Shown here: positions 1 through 12,194 of the stretch, in pieces | How the letters are laid out: the number at the start of each line of letters is the position of its first letter | Position numbering within the stretch: the first letter of the stretch is position 1 | Assembly: GCA_036785375.1 (NCBI GenBank) | Contig: JAWMAR010000063.1 | Span: 4,340,001 to 4,404,000 of the forward strand | Reading direction: 5' to 3' | Length of the DNA stretch: 64,000 nucleotides | Source: Leucoraja ocellata | Lineage: Eukaryota | The notes under the pieces: generated by a model | Told to the model about the DNA's origin: nothing | Databases searched by the model: none | What the model saw: the letters and a program-made list of their open reading frames with translations, nothing else | Position numbers and translations under genes: made by a program

Positions 1-749
1 AACTTTTCCTGGTCCCTACCTGGTCTGAGAGGCGGTTTCCCTCCGAGCTGCTTCTTCGCCCCTTCCTCGCGGCCTACCATCAGACTGTTGCAGCGTTTCC
101 TGTCGGGATCGGCCGGGACTACAGCTTCGGCGGCGGTGCAGCGCTGGGACACCAACACGGAGTGGGTGATGCCTTACCGGGTCACCGTGCGGTAAGCTCC
201 GGAGTACTGTGACTGCCGACCAACATCCGAGGAGCTGTGGCTGCGGAGCGTCCAGTCGCGGGCGGCGCTGGATTTAAACACCGCGGAGCCTGGGATTCGA
301 GATCACCAGAGTCGGAGCTCAAACCAGCGCGGTCTGAAGACGTCGGGTGCCGCGGTCTCCGGGGAGGAAGCGGCCGCTCCAGACATTTCCAAGCCCCCGA
401 GGAGTGTTCACCCGATGCCGGCATTCCAGCTTTCTGGCAAGAGGGCCTGAAAACATCGGACTGGCTGCGGAGGCCACAAATAGGCCCCGACCTCGGGTGA
501 TCACAGAGGGAGAGGACTGAACTTTCTGATGCCTTTCCCCACAGTGGAAATTTTTTATTCTGTTGTGGGAGGACGTTTGTGTTGAATTATACAATATGTT
601 GTGTAATTTTTCTTAATTTTAATTTTTCTATGGATGTACGGAAGCTTAATTATTTTTTTTTTCTATGTAAAGCACTTTGGTCTCAAAGCGAGTTGATTTA
701 AACGTGCTATATAAATAAATTTTACTTACTTACTTTTTACTTACTTACT
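1..749 (+). mobile_element. GC/CpG-rich non-coding retroelement with L2-like 3' tail (may begin before the window)
   Basis: Body is colinear with the reverse complement of 43250-43807 (e.g. TCCTCGCGGCCTACCA, GCGTTTCCTGTCGGG, GCTTCGGCGGCGG, GGAGCCTGGGAT, CCCGATGCCGG). Ends TGTAAAGCACTTTG...GTGCTATATAAATAAAT followed by (ACTT)n. Confidence 0.7.
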
Positions 750-1289
750 CCTGTTTTATCGTTTAACGTGGTTTTTTTAATTTGACTGAAGTATTGTTTA
801 AAGCTATATTTTATTCTCATCAGAATTATTCTGTTATTCATCTTCTCTAAAATCGGTATTGTATACCAGACTGTGCTTCCATAGTGTTTTTAGTTCTGCA
901 GTAGCTAGTGGCAGTTTATTATAAATCAGGCCAGACACCATGATGTTTCTAGGGGAACTACTGAACTGGATCCTTTTCTTGTCAAAGGTCCATCTGATTC
1001 AATGAGTTGTAAATAGGCTTCAGAGCCCCGCGTGATGTTTCTTCTCTTCCTTAAATGTGTGGGCTCCTGAAATGTTCTACATGATGAGATCATGGAATGT
1101 TACAGCACAGAACAAGCCTAAGACCAATTCCATCATGCTTGTGCCAACACTCAAATAGCTATTTTTTTGGTCACATTTTTTTGCTTGTTTTCCTTGGTCC
1201 TGTAATTCCTTCCCCTTTGACTGCAGATCCAACTCCCTCCAGTGAGTTAGCAATGAATATGCTTTCATCAGACTTGCAGCAATGTGTTC

Positions 1290-1470
1290 CTGACTATAAT
1301 AACTCACTGAATAAACACTTGCCTGCCCTCTGATTCTTCTCCAGTTAGTATAAATCGGTGTCCTCCTGCTACCATTCTTTCGGCTCGGAAACAATTTCCT
1401 TCTCTCCGCTCCATTATAAGCATTCACAATTTTGAGCAAATCTAGTAAATTGTCAGTGTCTATCCTCTGG
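1290..1470 (-). mobile_element. Old CR1 LINE ORF2 C-terminal fragment
   Basis: Translation LLKIVNAYNGAERRKLFPSRKNGSRRT resembles the CR1 motif seen in this window at 48924-49220 (IEVFKMMRGIDRVDVDKLFPL...TRGH). Confidence 0.5.
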
Positions 1471-1485
1471 ACAACAATCTTACCT

Positions 1486-1798
1486 GTTTAGTTTAGTTTA
1501 GAGATACAGCGAGGAAACAGGCCCTTCGGAAACAGGCCCTCCACGCCGACCAGCAATCATCCCGGTACACTAACACTATCCAACACATTAAAGACAATTT
1601 ACAATTTTACCAAAGCCAATTAACCTACAATCCCGTACGCCTTTGGAATATGGGAGAAAACCGAAGCACCCAGAGAAACCCACGCAGACACAGGGAGAAC
1701 ATGGGAGAACTCTGTACAGACAGCACCCGAGGTCAGGATCGAACCCGTGTCTCTGGCACTGTAAGGCAGCAGCTCTACCACTGCACCACTGTGCTGCC
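1486..1798 (-). mobile_element. HE1-type tRNA-derived V-SINE, full length
   Basis: Minus strand shows A-box TGGTGCAGTGG, B-box GGTTCGATCC, V-domain GTGGGTTTCTCTGGGTGCTTCGGTTTTCTCCC, and a CR1/HER1-like tail CCGAAGGGCCTGTTTCC...CTGTATCTC(TAAAC)n. Homologous to the copies at 35708, 37008, 45884 and 54742. Confidence 0.88.
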
Positions 1799-3832
1799 TT
1801 TGTTGTTGTCTCGCCATACATCATTGTCCCTCATCATTGAATCTACAGTATTTAGCAAATCTCCTCTGAGTTCTCCACAATTTGAAATCTAGGTCCTACA
1901 GGAGTTGAGTGAAGATCATCCCTCTTGAACCAAGCTCATAGGAGTAAGATAGGATTTTACAATCTTAATTACCAAGCTTGCTTGGTACTTCCAACACTTT
2001 CTAATTTTATTTCATAATTCCACTTTCAGCATTTTCTTTTTTCCCCAAGAGATAAAGGCACCCCACTGTCAGAACTATCCATCAGAATTTGATGATGTTT
2101 GAATTACAGACAGCCAACATATATCGTAAATATAAATAAACAAAATCTCTAATGTGTAAACTCCAAGTGGCATGGAAACACAGTGAGATAGACTTTCAGC
2201 AATTAGGTGACTGCATCTAGATTAAGGCTTTGTATTTGGGAGGATTTAAATATGTTAATGTGTTTGCAATGATAAAGAGAGAGAAGCAATGTTATATGCA
2301 ATATGTCTGAGGTTCTAGACTTTGAATAAATCAAGGGCACATCATCTTTCTTCCATTCACAATTGGTGTTATGTTGAATCCACCAAAAGAACAGGTTATG
2401 TAGTGCAAGTTCAATTGCAGTGTAGAATTAATTCACACCTACAATTTGATCCCCCCCTTATTGAAATATAGTTTTTACAATTTTTAACTACTGACACTTA
2501 TGAAAGTGATGGAGAAAATAAGGTTAAAAGCATTTCACGTTTCTCTTTCTTGTCTCAGTGAGAAATTTTCCTGAACCATTTTACATTTCAAAACGTTTCT
2601 CAGGCCCCGTTCTACAATGCTTCTTGCTTGCAGTCACCATATAAGTGGCTCATTTCTAAAATTGCAGTAAGACTGATCATGATTAAGGATTTCAAATAGC
2701 AGAATAAACAGTCCATTCAGTTAAGATTTTGCAATTAAGTTAAAGAATAATGGAAATCTGGAGGTTACTCCTAATGGAGGACAGTCACGAAGGAGGGAAG
2801 AAATATTTGCAATAACTTGGCGTGTAGTAAAATGCAAAAGTCGAACCGTGTTATTTTTTCCTCATATTTTCTCATATCACAACATTCTTCTTCCATTTAA
2901 AAAATGCAATGTTAGAAACCTTTACCACAGTGCTTCAGTGGTTAAACCATACTGAGAGTATTCAACAGTTGGTGGTAGTTGTGGTCGAAGGACACATCAC
3001 AATACAAACAGTTGCTAACACCAATCCTGTAGAATTGTAAATAGGAAGAATAGTTTCCAGTGCCAGTCTTTGTTGTTTAGTCAATGGAGTTATTCTACTC
3101 TGAATTCAATGTGTTTTGAAATAAATACAAAAGCCTTCACCCGAACAAGCTAGGCTTTTAGAATTAGCTAGCAGAACGTGGTAACCAAGTACTCTAGAAA
3201 TTGTACAGACCAAGGAGTGAGCAAGGAAAATCAAAAAAAAAATTGTCATGTGATGGATGTTATTTGACATATTGTGCAGTTATCTTTTCATGGTGAAATA
3301 TAGAGAGAAGAGAGTTACCATGCTGTACAGCTGAAACATTCAGTAATGCCACAAGCCCTTAGAGAAATACTTGCGTGCTTTATAAAAATTATGTCTGATC
3401 TCAGAGACGATTTGGTCTTTAAAGAGCCAGTATCATCTGGCAAAAATGAATGTTTGAAACTAACACTAAACGGGCATGGGCGTAGAATTCCCAAATACAG
3501 GTATTTGGGATATTTTACTGAATTATATCTGCCACTGACACTGAAGGTGTTCACTTCTTGCTCAAGTACAGTTCCATGACCGATGTTTGCCTGGAAGTGG
3601 CACTTCTTTAAATGTGACCATTGGTAAGTTATTGCAAATGGGAGGAATAAAATCTGAAAGTAGTCCTTCCTCACTCGGACACTCCCATGAGTGATGCTGA
3701 ATAGAGGGCAGAATCGTGGTTTGGGTCCCTATATCACCTCTTATTTGGATGAAGTGGGTGGCAATTCCCCATCACTGTTCCATCAGAAATTAATTGGACT
3801 CCTATAAATCTGGGATTTTGTTTAGCTTTAAT

Positions 3833-3905
3833 TCCTTCCACTGATGCTGCCTGATCCAGCACTGAGTTCCTCCAGCACTGAGTTACTCCAGCCCTTTTTT
3901 GCTCT
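3833..3905 (+). mobile_element. Penelope-like element 3' fragment with a short internal duplication
   Basis: GATGCTGCCTGA...CTGAGTTACTCCAGC matches the PLE repeat family. TCCAGCACTGAGTT is duplicated. Confidence 0.6.
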
Positions 3906-3909
3906 CATA

Positions 3910-4030
3910 TAGCCCTTTATTCATTGATCGCTACATCTCTTCAGATGTCTCAGTGTCAAATTATGTTCAATAATACTCTGGCAAAACACCGTAGGATGTT
4001 TTACTCAGTTAAAGGCATCTTGTAAATGTT
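3910..4030 (+). mobile_element. Degenerate L2-type 3' tail
   Basis: GGATGTTTTACTCAGTTAAAGGCATCTTGTAAATG resembles L2/DeuSINE-type 3' ends. Confidence 0.4.
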
Positions 4031-4193
4031 CCCAGATTGCGTTGAGGATGTGTGTGGAGAAAGAGAGCTGGGGAAGGGGGCTGTTTAGGTTGGTTACACA
4101 ACCTAAACAACATGGACTACTTATAGGGGTGGGGGTGTTGGTTTGGGGGTCTAAATCAAAGATGGAAGAAAACAGGCTTTGGAACAGACTGAA

Positions 4194-4290
4194 CGTAGAC
4201 ACAAAATACTGGATTACCTCAGCGGGTCAGGCAGCATCACGGGACAGAAGGAATAGGTGATGTTTCAGGTCAAAAGCCTTCTTCAGACTG
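4194..4290 (-). mobile_element. PLE pseudo-LTR (pLTR) fragment with degenerate hammerhead core
   Basis: Minus strand reads CAGT-CTGAAGA-AGGCTTTTGACCT-GAAAC-ATC-ACCTATTCC...GATGCTGCCTGACCCGCTGAG. Confidence 0.75.
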
Positions 4291-4540
4291 ACTTCACCTC
4301 CACTTTGGACAGACTGGATTGGTCCCACGTAATTCCTAACCTGCAACTACCTGCTTACTAGGTTTATCTATTTCACTAGGTATGAAATCCAAAATAACTG
4401 TCCAATTTAATTTGTTTTTTTTCTTTATCAGGATTATCACTGAGCTGTGCGGGCATGAAGTAACAGGGGCCAGGTACACAAACAAAAAAATCAGGGGAAA
4501 GGCTGCATCCACGTAGGACCCAGCCCGGCATTGCTTACAG

Positions 4541-4636
4541 CAGATGCCGAAGATAGACACAGAATGCTGGAGCAACTCAGCGGGACAGGCAGCATCCCTG
4601 GAGAGATTGAATAGGTGACGTTTCGGGTTAGGGTTC
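4541..4636 (-). mobile_element. PLE pLTR fragment (hammerhead 5' core missing)
   Basis: Minus strand ACCCGAAACGTCACCTATTC...GATGCTGCCTGTCCCGCTGAGTTGCTCCAGCATTCTGTGTCTATCTTC. Confidence 0.72.
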
Positions 4637-4769
4637 TCTATCATTGATTACAGCCGGGGTTATATTCCTCAATAATTCCCACTACTTTATGAGTGTAAAT
4701 AATAATTAAATACGCCAATTGTTTTAGATCTCAAAGGGAGCCAGTTATTTTATAATAATTCAAGACAAT

Positions 4770-4788
4770 CGCCGGTAGAGGGCAGAAA
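4770..4788 (+). promoter_or_regulatory. Candidate CTCF site
   Basis: CGCCGGTAGAGGGCAGAAA is close to the CTCF core CCNNYAGRKGGCRS. Motif match only. Confidence 0.45.
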
Positions 4789-5380
4789 GTATTGTATTTA
4801 TTAATTTGCTTTGTTTTTTCCCCCCAGAAGTATTTAAAAGCAGAGCCGAGCATCCTTGAGTTCTGACCCCAAGTAACTCAGGCACTAGGGGGGGGTTGCT
4901 ATTGTCCGTGCCAGTCCACCAGCAGCTAAAGTAATTCTGGCCGTGATCCTCACCAGCACTGGACCTTAATTATTTACAATAATTTGCAATCACGTCAAAC
5001 ATATTTTTGGTCACGAATTTAATTCTCGCAAATGTTCGGCTGTATTGGCCACTGGATACTGGCGTGTGTGAGAAATACTGAGAGGGTGAGGTGAGTGAGA
5101 GAGACAGAGAGACAGAGAGAGGGCAACATATTGGAGTAGGATGTTGAGGTCCAGAAGTACAAGCGCGGAGGGGAACCGCCGCGAAAGCCTTGAGTTAGGG
5201 TGAGGGTGGTGAAGTGTGGTGGCGTGTGAGGCTGGGAGTGAAAGTTGTTGCTAGTCATCCTGTAGCTGTTTGATAACCTGCCAGACGCTATCACTGGGCG
5301 AACTGACCCGAGGACACTGTACACTGTGGGTTTCACCTGCTCGCTCACAGATACCGTGCAGGAAGGACATGCTTTCGGGG

Positions 5381-5579
5381 TTGTGCAGGAAGGAACTGAG
5401 GATAAAGCCACAACATGCTGAAGTAACTCAGCGGGACAGGCCGCATCTCTGGAGAGAAGGAGTGGGTGATGTTTTGGGTCTAGACTCTTCTTCAACTCAT
5501 GCCGGTTTACACCGAAGATAGACACGAAATGCTGGATTGACTCAGTCAGGCAGCATCTCTGGAATAGAAGGGATGGGTG
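5381..5579 (-). mobile_element. Two tandem degenerate PLE pLTR fragments
   Basis: Two same-orientation units of ...ATGCTG(A/G)A...ACTCAG...GCATCTCTGGA..AGAAGG..TGGGTG. An opposite-orientation piece lies at 5796-5843. Confidence 0.7.
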
Positions 5580-5935
5580 TGATGCAATACTTTAGGGTTT
5601 GTGTGTGATGTGAATGGAGCCCAAAATATAACATTTTCATATCGGTGCTTTGAAAATGTTACATAACAATACTTAGCATTTCGGTTTTCCAAGTCTGCGT
5701 GCAATAACATCTGCGCCTGTTTTCGCGCTGACGGTCGAATACATGCCTTGGTGTAAAGCGTATTCGACTTCACATAGGTGTCATTTGTGTCTCATGAGAT
5801 GCTGCCTGTACCGCTGAGTTACTCCAGCATTTAGTGGCTATCTATGACTAGAAGATGATGTCCTGTCCACCATATACACCCCGGACTCCTGTGCACTCGC
5901 TCTGTGTGCGAAAATAGATACACATAATACCAACC

Positions 5936-5982
5936 ACTGCAGCCAACTCAAATCCTGACTGCAGCCAACTCAAATCCTGACT
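5936..5982. repeat. Perfect 22-bp tandem duplication
   Basis: ACTGCAGCCAACTCAAATCCTG twice, plus ACT. Confidence 0.95.
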
Positions 5983-6280
5983 TTGCGATCATGAAATGCT
6001 CTGAAATATCATTAAATTGGAAACTGTCAAAGGAGCGGTCGTAAAATGATGCGGTTTAACCCTAGTCTAATGGGGAAAGTGTATCCCAGTGCGCCTGTAC
6101 AACAAGGAGAAACTCGGCCCCTGAGTACACGACTCTTTCTAACACAACCCAGCATTTCCATACCTACGCTAATTACTGTTTTCAAACCCCGGCACATCTT
6201 TTTTAAGGCATCATACATAGGCTGGTAATCTGAAATCATTTGTAACACCTTCAATTCAAAGCTAGCCCGTGTCTAACCCT

Positions 6281-6470
6281 TGTGTTCAAGAAGGAACTGC
6301 AGATGCTGGAAAATCGAAGGTACTCAAAAATGCTGGAGAAACTCAGCGGGTGCAGCAGCATCTATGGAGCGAAGGAAATAGGCAACGTTTCGGCCCGAAA
6401 CGTTGCCTATTTCCTTCGCTCCATAGATGCTGCTGCACCCGCTGAGTTTCTCCAGCATTTTTGTGTACCT
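6281..6470. mobile_element. Fold-back (palindromic) mini-PLE with 14-bp TSD
   Basis: Arms 6318-6393 and 6395-6470 (76 bp, 1 mismatch, 1-nt centre). Unpaired 37-nt tail at 6281-6317. Flanking direct repeat CCGTGTCTAACCCT at 6267-6280 and 6471-6484. Confidence 0.9.
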
Positions 6471-6734
6471 CCGTGTCTAACCCTGACGTTCGCAATATTC
6501 CCATTGAGTTGAATGTCTGGGTTAAAATATTTTATTACGAACTATCTTACCGCAAGAACCAGCGAGGTGAGACAATCAAATTATATACGGTCAGTTCGGG
6601 CAAGCAACGGTTTCCTTTGGTGATAACCTCGATAATCTGACACCCAACCTCTCCCATCCTTTCTCTGCAATCATTTCTACAGTGGAAACCGACAACAACT
6701 ATTATCATTTGTTCTTTGTAGCTTTTCATACCTC

Positions 6735-6889
6735 TAATTTCCCGCTCCCCTGACTCTCAGTCGGAAGGGTCTCGACCCGAAACGTCACCTATTCGTTTTT
6801 TTTCCAGAGATGCTGCCTGGCCCGCTGAGTTACTCCAGCATGATATGTCTATCTTCAGTGTAAGCCCGCATCTGCAGTTCCTTCCTACA
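6735..6889 (+). mobile_element. PLE pLTR with tail, hammerhead core partly deleted
   Basis: CAGTCGGAAGGGTCTCGACCCGAAACGTCACCTATTC...GCATCTGCAGTTCCTTCCTACA. Confidence 0.78.
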
Positions 6890-8510
6890 ATTGTTGACAT
6901 CGTTCTTGGCCCAGACTTACTTTATCCTGATCTTTGCCCAGTGGGGCGGTATTTCGGGAATACCTAACCCAGGATGTTCCTGATCTAAATCATATTTCGA
7001 CTGATTTTGAAACATCTCCCGCCTTTGGAACACATTTGAAGATTGGTCACTAGAATGTGATTGGACTAATGAAGAACCGAGAGCAATTCGCTGAAAGTTC
7101 GGTGTATAACAGGTTAAATGATATAACCCGCCATGCTTTACCACACGCGTCCCCCTTCAGAAACGCCTTTCAGATCATGTAAAACGTAAGAGTCATCGTT
7201 TTAATAAATTAATAATCTCTCTGTTGGACTTTGTCAAATTAGCGCCGTTTTGCGGGTCAGCAAAGATAAAGAGAGATAGGCGGCCCATATAATATTTAGC
7301 ATAATGGGGCGAATGATAATCCTACAAACAACACTTCAATCAAACATTTGATTTTTGTTTGAATTTGCACAATAAAATTGTATTACATTGTTTTAATTCG
7401 ATACCTTAAACCTATTTTCTTATTCTCTGAACTGGAACGACGAGGACGTGTGTATATTTACATTTGGTTCTATACTTTTGAATAATCGTCTAATATTATT
7501 TAATATTTAAGGATCTGGGATTAACTGATATTATTTCTCTTGTGCCTCTGTGACCTTGAATATTTCACCACATATTATGTTCATGCCTCTATCTTGTTTT
7601 TCTAATTTCATAGTACACTTTAGATAAATTATTCATATAATATATGCTGCTTTTACTATTTTATTATATATTAATGTAGCTTTTGCAGGTATGTGCAATG
7701 TTTATCTCGGCAACTCCATGATTTATTCATAATGACTAGACTACGACATTGCTAATTCCCTATTGCTTTATTTATAGATGAATATCATAATGTACTTACA
7801 GAAGGTGTGACTGGTGATTATTTATTTATTTGCTGAGATTACCAATAAAGTCCATTCTCGTCTTTGGAGATTTCCTCCAAAACAGTCGACAATAATCCCA
7901 ATTTTACCTGCAATGGTTAATAATGCATATAGCCTTGCCTAGCTGTGCATAGATTTCATTCTCAGTAAACTGAAAAAAATGACCATAAAGATAAATTTTG
8001 TCTGGCAATGCTGTGTAGCCTCTCTCAATCGTTATTTTTTTTTGTGTGCAAATTGTTGTTTAAGAAATTCTGAATATCACTGTAAAGTCATGCAGAATGT
8101 GGCAGGGTAAGACTTGTAATTAAGGATGAGTGGTATATCCAGATTGATCCCAACTGAGCCTCTTCAGATTAATTGAAAGATATCTGAATTTATCCCTGTG
8201 CTCAGTTTAGATGCGCCCCTTTGAGTACAACATTGACACACACACAAAATATCCCTTTGCACATCTGTGATCCCAGTTCTGCTGTTTCTTAATGTGTTTT
8301 CCCGCTGTCTGTGCCTTGGAGGGTATATTGCTCCTTGCATTGTGTATGATGAGTGTTTCGTTAACATTTTTCTCCACCATTTTGACCGGACCCACAATGA
8401 CAACATCAAGGCAATATCTTTTAATTTAAACTGACTCCTTTACTACTTTGTGGCATTTGTAAACTGCTGTGCTGGTCATAAATCTAAGATGGGGGCACTG
8501 AGATAGGGGC

Positions 8511-8710
8511 NNNNNNNNNNNNNNNNNNNNNNNNNNNNNNNNNNNNNNNNNNNNNNNNNNNNNNNNNNNNNNNNNNNNNNNNNNNNNNNNNNNNNNNNNN
8601 NNNNNNNNNNNNNNNNNNNNNNNNNNNNNNNNNNNNNNNNNNNNNNNNNNNNNNNNNNNNNNNNNNNNNNNNNNNNNNNNNNNNNNNNNNNNNNNNNNNN
8701 NNNNNNNNNN
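8511..8710. other. Assembly gap (200 N)
   Basis: Run of n characters. Confidence 1.
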
Positions 8711-11700
8711 GAAGAAAGGAGATATACATCTGAGCCCCCTTGCTCTTTAGTTGCACAATGCAATCAAGCTCCCGGTGGACAAGCAAAGCAAGCTCTCTGC
8801 TTACTGGTGTAGCATTAATATTCAAACATTTTCATTCCCCTCCTGCCTTGTTACTAAGCCTGTATCACTCAGTTTACTATTCAATCAGGAATCAGCACAT
8901 TCTCCCTTTCATGCAAGCTTCCATGTTATTTGTCACCACACTGGCTGGATGAGGGCTCCGCAAGTTAAAATAAATTAGTCCTTACATTTGTCTTATTATG
9001 AAATAGTTTTAAATCCGGCTCTGATATCAGAAATAGAGCTTTCTGCTCCTATTTTTCATGCAAATGAATTCTTCAGATAACATCCAGACCATATACCACC
9101 CAGAAGACCTAAAATTTTATGTTTCCGCGATCAAGTTGGTACCTCATCCTGGTGAAGATTTTGTTCAAATAAAATGCCAGTTATGGAGTATTTAATCTCG
9201 TCATATCTTGAAACTCAGCAAAATACAGGACGGCAATAAATTCTAGTAATTCAGTGTCATGTATTCTTTGAGGGAAATTCTATATAGTACAAAAGACCAG
9301 TCCATTAGATCAAAATTTCATATTCTAATATTGAGGCAATTTCATATACCAATTAAGTCTTTGCATCTGTTTGGTAGCATATGATGTGTAGAAATCTTAA
9401 ACAATCTGCCTACATCGATGCTCTATAATAGGTGGTCTGCATTAAAGGATAAAATAAGTGTGAAATAGACTATTTTGGAAAAGCAAACTATTTTCTTTTT
9501 CCTGGCATCTGAGTTATTTAAAACAAAATAGTTTAGAATGCTTTTTTTATAATGGAATATGCCTGTACAGGTAGGAAAAATACATAAACATGTATGTATC
9601 GTGGTATATATTTCATTTTTTATTAATTTATTTTGAGTAATTGAAGGTGAATGACAAATAATTTTATTGTTCTGTACCTTGCCTTATTATTTTGTTAAAG
9701 CAATGGGTTAGGAAACTTTGGCTTGCAATTCTTCTCTTTCAATATTGAATCTGAATGTTAGCTACATAGAACTGCAACAATCTAAGTTTCCAGGTATATT
9801 AGCCTAAGATGAACCATATTATCTTTTGAATTCAGATTCAAAGCATTAAAATGTTAGTTATATAATCAGTTTATAACTTAGTCTAAAACTTGGCAAGGCA
9901 ACAACTTTTTTCATCTGATCTTACTTACTATTTCCTACTGAACGGCATAAGCTGCTGACTTGCAAAGATTCAGAGGCAACCCGCTTAAATGTAAATTGGT
10001 GTCATATTTAAAGTTTCAGTTGATCTATATTTAAATTTACTTCAAGAATGATTGAATGGACTGGAGGTTCTCTTCAGATGGTGTAATAGTCTTAATTGAA
10101 GACGTGTTCATTTACTTCTTTGAATATTATGCAATAGTAAACAAAGAGTTGTCTAATTTGCACAAAATTGAGATAATCGAAATCCATGTCGATATTTCGA
10201 CTACATTTTGGTAATATATCTACTCATTAATAAAAATATTTTAGAATATGCTTTAATGTCCGTTATTCCCTTGCTATACAAAAGGGGTTCTGTTTCTGAC
10301 ACAACAATAAGATTGCCTGGGGCAGTGTTGAACTATTTGTTGGGGATTTTCCAGCAGTTTTTAATTGATTAGAGCCCTTTGTTATTGCTAACCATAACCT
10401 ATTCTCAGATAAGGTTCACAACACCACATATTTATAGTGACAAATAAGTTAAATTTACTTTATATTAGATGAAATTTGTGTAGATTTAACAGTGTTTTGG
10501 GGAGCCAGATTCTGGATTTTTATCCATTTCATTAAAACAGAGTGATAAGAACATTGCATGTACATAGAGGAAATACTATTACTATAGGTCAAATAAGACC
10601 TAACCGCATTGGTGTTAAACCCAATCTTAGATTAATAATAAACACACCATCTACAGCAGCCTGTCTCTAACTCTGCCAATAAGTGATTCCTACTAAAACA
10701 TCAGAACTTGGAGTTGTTTAAAGGTATTTTAGGCAATTAGCAATTTCAATTACTGATTTTAATTCAGAGCCATAATGTCAACAATTAACCTTAACATTAA
10801 GTTGTCAATCCAAATCTATGGGTCCCTAAATTAGTCATATCCTATTTTTATAATATCAAGCATTAAACATGATGCCCTACTGTAGAAAATACACAAAACA
10901 AGCCTGTGATTGCAAAGTTCTCTTTAAAAAATCTGGTATGAAATCTAAATGAAGTAAAAACTAATTGCCCTTCATAGAGTTGTTTCTCCCTTGTCATTTC
11001 TTACTGGTTCCTCTGCCAACCCTATTTTCTTTAAACAACTCAAGTAGGGAGTTAAGCTGTCCAACAGGGGCCCCTTTTATGTTAGGTGTGCATTGCCAAA
11101 AGACTGTGAGGATAAGATTCTTGGTATGCTGATTTTGAATTATTTTATGAAACTGGCTTACCATTCAAATGAAGTTAACTAGTATTCTTTTCATGTTACA
11201 ATAGAACTAGGGCTGTGATGGGAAACTGCTCGCTGTTATGATAGTGATATATTGGCAAATAGAAAAGGGATGATTTCTTTCAATTGCAAACTCATTAGTA
11301 TTCGTTGAGCAGCATTAACCAGGGTTCAGGCAAATTTGAATCAGAAACTGGCAAAAACCCACTTCTCAAAAGCATCTGGACTAGACTGTCTCAAGTTGGA
11401 TGGAAAGCAATGGTTTTGAATCTCAGCTCCTGCTAACATTTGGAATCAAGTTTCCCCGCAGGCAATCAGCTACTACTGATCTTGGCCAGGTGAAAAATTT
11501 CACTGACGGTATGGAGCAAAAAAATATGTGGGGCTCCAAATTGGTTAGTGGGCAGAAAATAGGAATCACGGGGTCTGTTGAGATGGCTGCCCAACTCCAG
11601 ACCTTTGGAAACAGAGAACACTAGGTTAAAATTGTAATTCCAACCTAATCGCAAATTTGGTAATAAAAATATAAACAAATATTGTAACTGAATTATAGTA

Positions 11701-12194
11701 TAGATATGGCCACATATGGTCTGAGACAACAGAAGGATCTATGTGACAGCGATTTGTTGCTAAATCGTACATAGCCACACCACTCAAGTTCAGATCTTCA
11801 AATTGTTACACAATCACAGCCAATGCTGCAAAACAGGTATTATAATAAATACTAACTACTAACTACATACACCCATAAGGTTAGAGCTAAACAAATAAAA
11901 AGGGTGAACAATTATTTAAATGAAAAGGCTCTCGGGGCCAATTCTACTATGCCGCCTTAAACAGTATCATAACTGACCATTAGTATCCTGAAATCAGAGA
12001 TAAACATGTGCCTTTGCATTTGTATCCAGTCATTAATAAAAACATTTTACTTATCTAGGAAAATTAATTTTCCCTCTGAATTTTGACGAATATGAGCAAA
12101 ATTGAATGGAGAGAGGGATACTCTAATATGCTTAAGAATGCACAAAATAAAGAAATAAAATTGACAAACCAGGCAACTATTAAAATTCGAGAAA

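Noticed and set aside
14-30. U1 snRNA-like head (CCTACCTGG)
   Set aside because: Only a ~7-nt match, with no further U1 similarity.
1730-1798. tRNA gene
   Set aside because: The A/B boxes belong to a SINE head that continues into a V-domain and LINE-derived tail.
6281-6470. DNA-transposon MITE or pre-miRNA interpretation of the palindromes
   Set aside because: The inverted repeats are not terminal on both sides (one-sided tail), TSD lengths vary, and the arms link to a GIY-YIG ORF end, which indicates a PLE origin.
8476-8825. ORFs spanning the N run
   Set aside because: Artefact of translating through the assembly gap.
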